Shown here: piece by piece, positions 32,676-36,244 of the stretch | Layout: the number at the start of each line of letters is the position of its first letter | How positions within the stretch are numbered: position 1 is the first letter of the stretch | Origin: Acetatifactor sp. | GTDB taxonomy: Bacteria > Bacillota > Clostridia > Lachnospirales > Lachnospiraceae | DNA: 36,244 nucleotides | Assembly (NCBI GenBank): GCA_016303085.1 | Contig: JAEDMI010000001.1 | Span: 1 to 36,244 of the forward strand | Direction: 5' to 3' | Notes under the pieces: generated by a model | Seen by the model: only the letters and a program-made list of their open reading frames with translations | Told to the model about the DNA's origin: nothing | Database searches by the model: none | Translations under genes and position numbers: made by a program

Positions 32676-33515
32676 ATGAAAAAAAGTATCAAATCAATTG
32701 TATCAATTTTGGCGGCAATTGCTGTTCTGGTAATGGTACCGGCAGGCAATGTGCTCCCTGTAAAGGCTGCGGAGCCCGTAACATACTCCATAAAATACAT
32801 CGGTGGAAGTGTTAACGATTGGCGCTTCCAGCCGGGCTCAACCTTCGATGACGGGGGCTATCACTGGAGTATTTATTTACTCAACCAAGATTTGAAGGAC
32901 GGAGATGCCGTAGTCATTTACCCCGGAGAAGTCACTCCCAACAAAGAATTGAATCTGGGGACCGTTAAGTTAGGCAACCTGACAATTTATCAGAATGCTC
33001 ATGCAGTAGTTCTCACCGGTGGTGTAAAAGATTGCTATGTCCTTGCCGGCAGCACCTCTGCAATTAACGGCAATGTCACTAATGCCTATTTGTATGATGG
33101 CACTACCTGTACCTTTAACAACGATGTTCTGGACATGACTCTTTATTTCAATGGCGCTGCTCCGACCTCAAATCTCAGTTGCGCCGGCACAGTGGGGCAT
33201 TTTAAAGGTGTTTCCAATGACAACGGCAGAATACATTATGAGTTCTACAGCATAAGTAAAGGGGCATTTCTGATAGAGAACGGCATCTCTCTGATTCCTT
33301 ATGAGAAATGCAGTCCACTACCCACCGAAGAATATCTGCAGGCTGCGGAGGCTGCTTCCGTTCCCGCTACTGCTGCAGAGAACAACACTTCTAAAGACAC
33401 TTCCGAGTACGACAAGGTTCCTAAGACCGGTGACAGCAGCGTATATCTGTGGCTGTTCTGCGCTTCCGCATTTTGCTTTGCCGGAAGCCGCATGCTCAGG
33501 AAAAAAACACGTTAG
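32676..33515 (+). CDS. Sortase-anchored surface protein of unknown function
   Basis: Signal peptide ending VKA, and a C-terminal VPKTG followed by a hydrophobic helix and RKKTR tail. AAGGAGG RBS. Confidence 0.88.
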   Translation: MKKSIKSIVSILAAIAVLVMVPAGNVLPVKAAEPVTYSIKYIGGSVNDWRFQPGSTFDDGGYHWSIYLLNQDLKDGDAVVIYPGEVTPNKELNLGTVKLGNLTIYQNAHAVVLTGGVKDCYVLAGSTSAINGNVTNAYLYDGTTCTFNNDVLDMTLYFNGAAPTSNLSCAGTVGHFKGVSNDNGRIHYEFYSISKGAFLIENGISLIPYEKCSPLPTEEYLQAAEAASVPATAAENNTSKDTSEYDKVPKTGDSSVYLWLFCASAFCFAGSRMLRKKTR

Positions 33516-33537
33516 TATAAGCACTTTAAACACATAA

Positions 33538-33572
33538 CAAAACCCCCTGCACTGTCTGTGCAGGGGGTTTGT
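33538..33572. terminator. Bidirectional terminator
   Basis: 13-bp inverted repeat AAACCCCCTGCAC/GTGCAGGGGGTTT between convergent genes. Confidence 0.88.
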
Positions 33573-33588
33573 CATTCCATATTCTTTT

Positions 33589-35304
33589 TCAGTCAGAACC
33601 CGCATATGCTGCCACAAGTTCCCATGCAGCCGGGGTTCCGTAGCCCAGCCTCCACACAGCCACGCCGCCTATTCCTCTTGCATTCATTACGTTAAGCTTT
33701 ACTCTCAGGGACTCCACATCCTCCAGCCAAATCTGATAAACCGCATCACCGCTCTGCCACTCAAGATAATTCTGGCAGGTCAGCTCATCCCATACAGCTG
33801 CGCCTTCTTTTCCCACACGCTTCAGATAATCCTCTATGTTGCACAGCGGAATCGCGTCATCCGTCACCTGCGTTCCTTCCGTCTTCCATACTCTTGTGTA
33901 GAAGGGAAGTGCATTTACCACCTTTTCTGCCGGTACCTGTTCCAACGTTCTGTCAATTCCACCGGATACATAATCGATGCTTGCAACGCTTCCCGCTTCT
34001 CCACAGCCACCCCAGTGCTCGTCATATCCCATAATTATCACATAGTCCGCAACCTGCCCCTGAATATCCAGTCTGGAATAATTTGCAGAGTTCAAAGGAA
34101 CATAGTTGTCTACGGATAAAGTCAAACCGTTCTGTCTGCACTGAACCGATAATTCTCTCAAAAACTGATTAAAGTGCGGCCGGCTTTCGCCTGACATCTT
34201 CTCAAAGTCGATATTGATACCGTCCAGTCCGTACTGTAGAGCAGTTGCAATCATGTTCTGTACCAGATTCTGCCGTTTTGTGGTATAAGAGAAAAGTTGG
34301 TTGCTGTCAATTTGAACTCCGGCATTGAAGTCGTCCCAGACTCCCCAAACCTTCAGTCCATAGCCATGTGCCTTGTCCACATACTGTTCCGAGGCAAAGG
34401 ATTGAAAGGAACCTTCATTATCCGTCAGACTGAACCAGGTGGGAGCAATGACATTTATTCCCTTGCCTTCCGCTACCATGGCATTCAGCGTATCGTTTCC
34501 GCCCACGCCATAGATGGCATGCCATCCCAGGCTCACTTTTCCGTCCATTCCGGTTGAGACATATTCCGCAGGTACATACGACGTCACCGGTGTCTCCACA
34601 TCCGTACTCATGTTTGTCAGTCTCTTGTTTTCCACATATCCGATAACGGAATCGGAAGTCTTTACCTTGCTCCAGGTTTCCATCTGCTCCAACAGTTCGA
34701 CAGTCTCACCTTTTTCCAGTTCTCTCAGAATCGGACTCTTGATACCTCCCTTCACTCTCAGTTGGGTATCCTTCGCCACATCATAGGTCTGCCTTACTCC
34801 CCACTCCGTATATATCTGTATGTGCCTGTCAAATCTTTCATAAGAGAAATTTGCAAACTGCTTTACATACTCTGCCGCAATGTAAAGCTTATCTCCCGAC
34901 AAATAGCATGTCACATATTCGGTCTGGTGTACCCCTTCGCTGTCACTGTAGCCCTTTTCTCCGAACAGTGCCGCGGAAGTATCGTCAGCCGAAGTAAAAA
35001 GAAGTTTTTGCTCATTCATATCCGCATAAAATATTTCGTTGAAATACGTCTTCACCGTATCCAAATCAAAGTAAACCGTTCCGGCGGTCACCACTGCCTG
35101 TTCGGCAACCATCTCATCCTGCAGGATAATGGCAAGATTCCCATCCCCCGTACCGACTGCTGCATTTGTCACCCCGTAATATTCATCCAGATCCGCAAGT
35201 TCTTTGCTGTAAGAATACTTATCCAGTATTTTCCCTCCGAAAGCTATTGCTCCCACCACCACAATCAGCAGCAGGGCTATTATCATCGGTATTATTTTCT
35301 TCAT
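33589..35304 (-). CDS. Membrane-anchored SH3b + glycoside hydrolase family 18 protein
   Basis: N-terminal TM and an SH3b-like segment (LR...GIKSPIL..L..GE.V......WSKV...GYV). GH18 motifs APTWF, DGINIDFE, IMGYDEH and GVAVWRLG. Confidence 0.9.
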   Translation of the reverse strand: MKKIIPMIIALLLIVVVGAIAFGGKILDKYSYSKELADLDEYYGVTNAAVGTGDGNLAIILQDEMVAEQAVVTAGTVYFDLDTVKTYFNEIFYADMNEQKLLFTSADDTSAALFGEKGYSDSEGVHQTEYVTCYLSGDKLYIAAEYVKQFANFSYERFDRHIQIYTEWGVRQTYDVAKDTQLRVKGGIKSPILRELEKGETVELLEQMETWSKVKTSDSVIGYVENKRLTNMSTDVETPVTSYVPAEYVSTGMDGKVSLGWHAIYGVGGNDTLNAMVAEGKGINVIAPTWFSLTDNEGSFQSFASEQYVDKAHGYGLKVWGVWDDFNAGVQIDSNQLFSYTTKRQNLVQNMIATALQYGLDGINIDFEKMSGESRPHFNQFLRELSVQCRQNGLTLSVDNYVPLNSANYSRLDIQGQVADYVIIMGYDEHWGGCGEAGSVASIDYVSGGIDRTLEQVPAEKVVNALPFYTRVWKTEGTQVTDDAIPLCNIEDYLKRVGKEGAAVWDELTCQNYLEWQSGDAVYQIWLEDVESLRVKLNVMNARGIGGVAVWRLGYGTPAAWELVAAYAGSD

Positions 35305-35420
35305 TATTTAACACAATCCCTTCCCTAGTTAAGTTGCAGCTGCAATTCTGTACTGTCGTTCAAAATTGCAGACAGTGTGTATGTGTAACTGTCCGTCACA
35401 GCAGAAAAACGAACAGTTAC

Positions 35421-35449
35421 ATCATATCACATTCAACGTTTTAAGTCAT
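35421..35449 (-). promoter_or_regulatory. Possible sigma-A promoter for GH18 gene
   Basis: ATGACT-17 bp-TATGAT with an extended -10 (TGA TATGAT). Confidence 0.5.
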
Positions 35450-35587
35450 TACCATTTTTTCGGGTTTCTCTCCCTTTTCCCTGCCGCTCCAGCACGAGAG
35501 GCAATCCGTTTCTTTCAGCGGCAGGTAACAAAGGAACTGCTAAAAAATTATTCTTCACAGTTCCTTAGTCTGAAGAAGACATACTAA

Positions 35588-35824
35588 TCACCGATGAACC
35601 ACTTTATCAAAGCGTACCTGTTCAATATTTCCGGCATCCCCAAATACATAATCTGCCATATACGGGCTGTCTTCCCGAACCGATTTTGCCGCTGCTTCCC
35701 CGGGAAGTGCAGCTTCTCCGTCCACAAAAAGCTCAACTCCTCTGTCCCGCATTTGTTCGAGAAGTATTATCATACGTTCTCGGGCAGCCTCCATATTCAC
35801 TATTTCTCCATTTTCTTCATACAA
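35588..35824 (-). CDS. Small hypothetical protein
   Basis: AGGAGG 7 nt before TTG 35824 gives 78 aa, ending YMADYVFGDAGNIEQVRFDKV. No function assignable. Confidence 0.75.
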   Translation of the reverse strand: MYEENGEIVNMEAARERMIILLEQMRDRGVELFVDGEAALPGEAAAKSVREDSPYMADYVFGDAGNIEQVRFDKVVHR

Positions 35825-36244
35825 GAATATACCTCCTATCCGGTTCAAAGGCCAAAAGGATTGTGATGAATCGTAAATGCGCCCGGCTGTACTCATCGGC
35901 ATAATTTGCCAATAATTAAAAGACTAAAATGAATTATTTTTGTGAAAAAATATTAGTTGAAATACCATGACTGCGCAGACACCAGCTTCTTTGTGTCAAC
36001 ACTTGTAAGACATCCATAGAATATATGTCAGAATTCAAAGAATCGCCATATAATATGATAGGATGAAGTGGGACGACTTGCCCCTAGTAAGTTATATCAA
36101 CCTGAACTACAGACCGCTGCCTCCTTTCCTGTACAGAATGCCGGAGGCATTTACAATACGATTATAGACTATTAGCTTCTTTTTGGCAAGTCTTATATGA
36201 AAATTATTAAAAAAATTTAAACTTAAATCCTGCTATTGACTTCA

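Noticed and set aside
34200..34223. GH18 motif DGINIDFE deviating from DxxDxDxE
   Set aside because: The catalytic Glu is retained, and Asn at this position is familiar in spore/peptidoglycan-type GH18 proteins.
35870..35912. Minus-strand GGCAAA ... ACAGCCGGG resembling parts of a c-di-GMP-I riboswitch
   Set aside because: The GAAA tetraloop hairpin and GCAAA junction are missing and the spacing is too short.
36236..36244. TTGACT at the right edge
   Set aside because: Possible -35 of a gene outside the window that cannot be evaluated here.

Overview
This is a housekeeping-rich chromosomal segment. Gene content, gene order and protein types point to a spore-forming Clostridia member, most likely Lachnospiraceae (inference). 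From left to right: mfd (cut by the window edge)-pth-spoVG-glgD-glgC on the minus strand; then murC, a dense DnaA-box cluster, dnaD-like, dnaC/dnaI-like and prs on the plus strand; bioY behind two BirA-type operators; an uncharacterised membrane protein; queT behind an unusual preQ1-I-like leader; a coupled three-gene unit (hypothetical, SAM methyltransferase, 843-aa membrane-anchored protein); a complete F1Fo ATP synthase operon whose c subunit carries the Na+-binding signature; GNAT and DUF402 genes; the sua5-rpiB-upp-dCMP deaminase-cell wall hydrolase block; a CwlD-like amidase; a class B sortase with an adjacent VPKTG substrate; an SH3+GH18 protein; and a small hypothetical gene. I saw no mobile element, CRISPR array, tRNA or rRNA, and no clearly new multi-gene system. 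The most interesting signals are non-coding: a preQ1-I aptamer split by a 92-nt structured insert, eight DnaA boxes in front of primosome genes outside an evident oriC, an apparently leaderless atp operon transcript, and a candidate anti-SD small RNA near the right edge. All protein calls come from motif recognition by eye. No searches were run.
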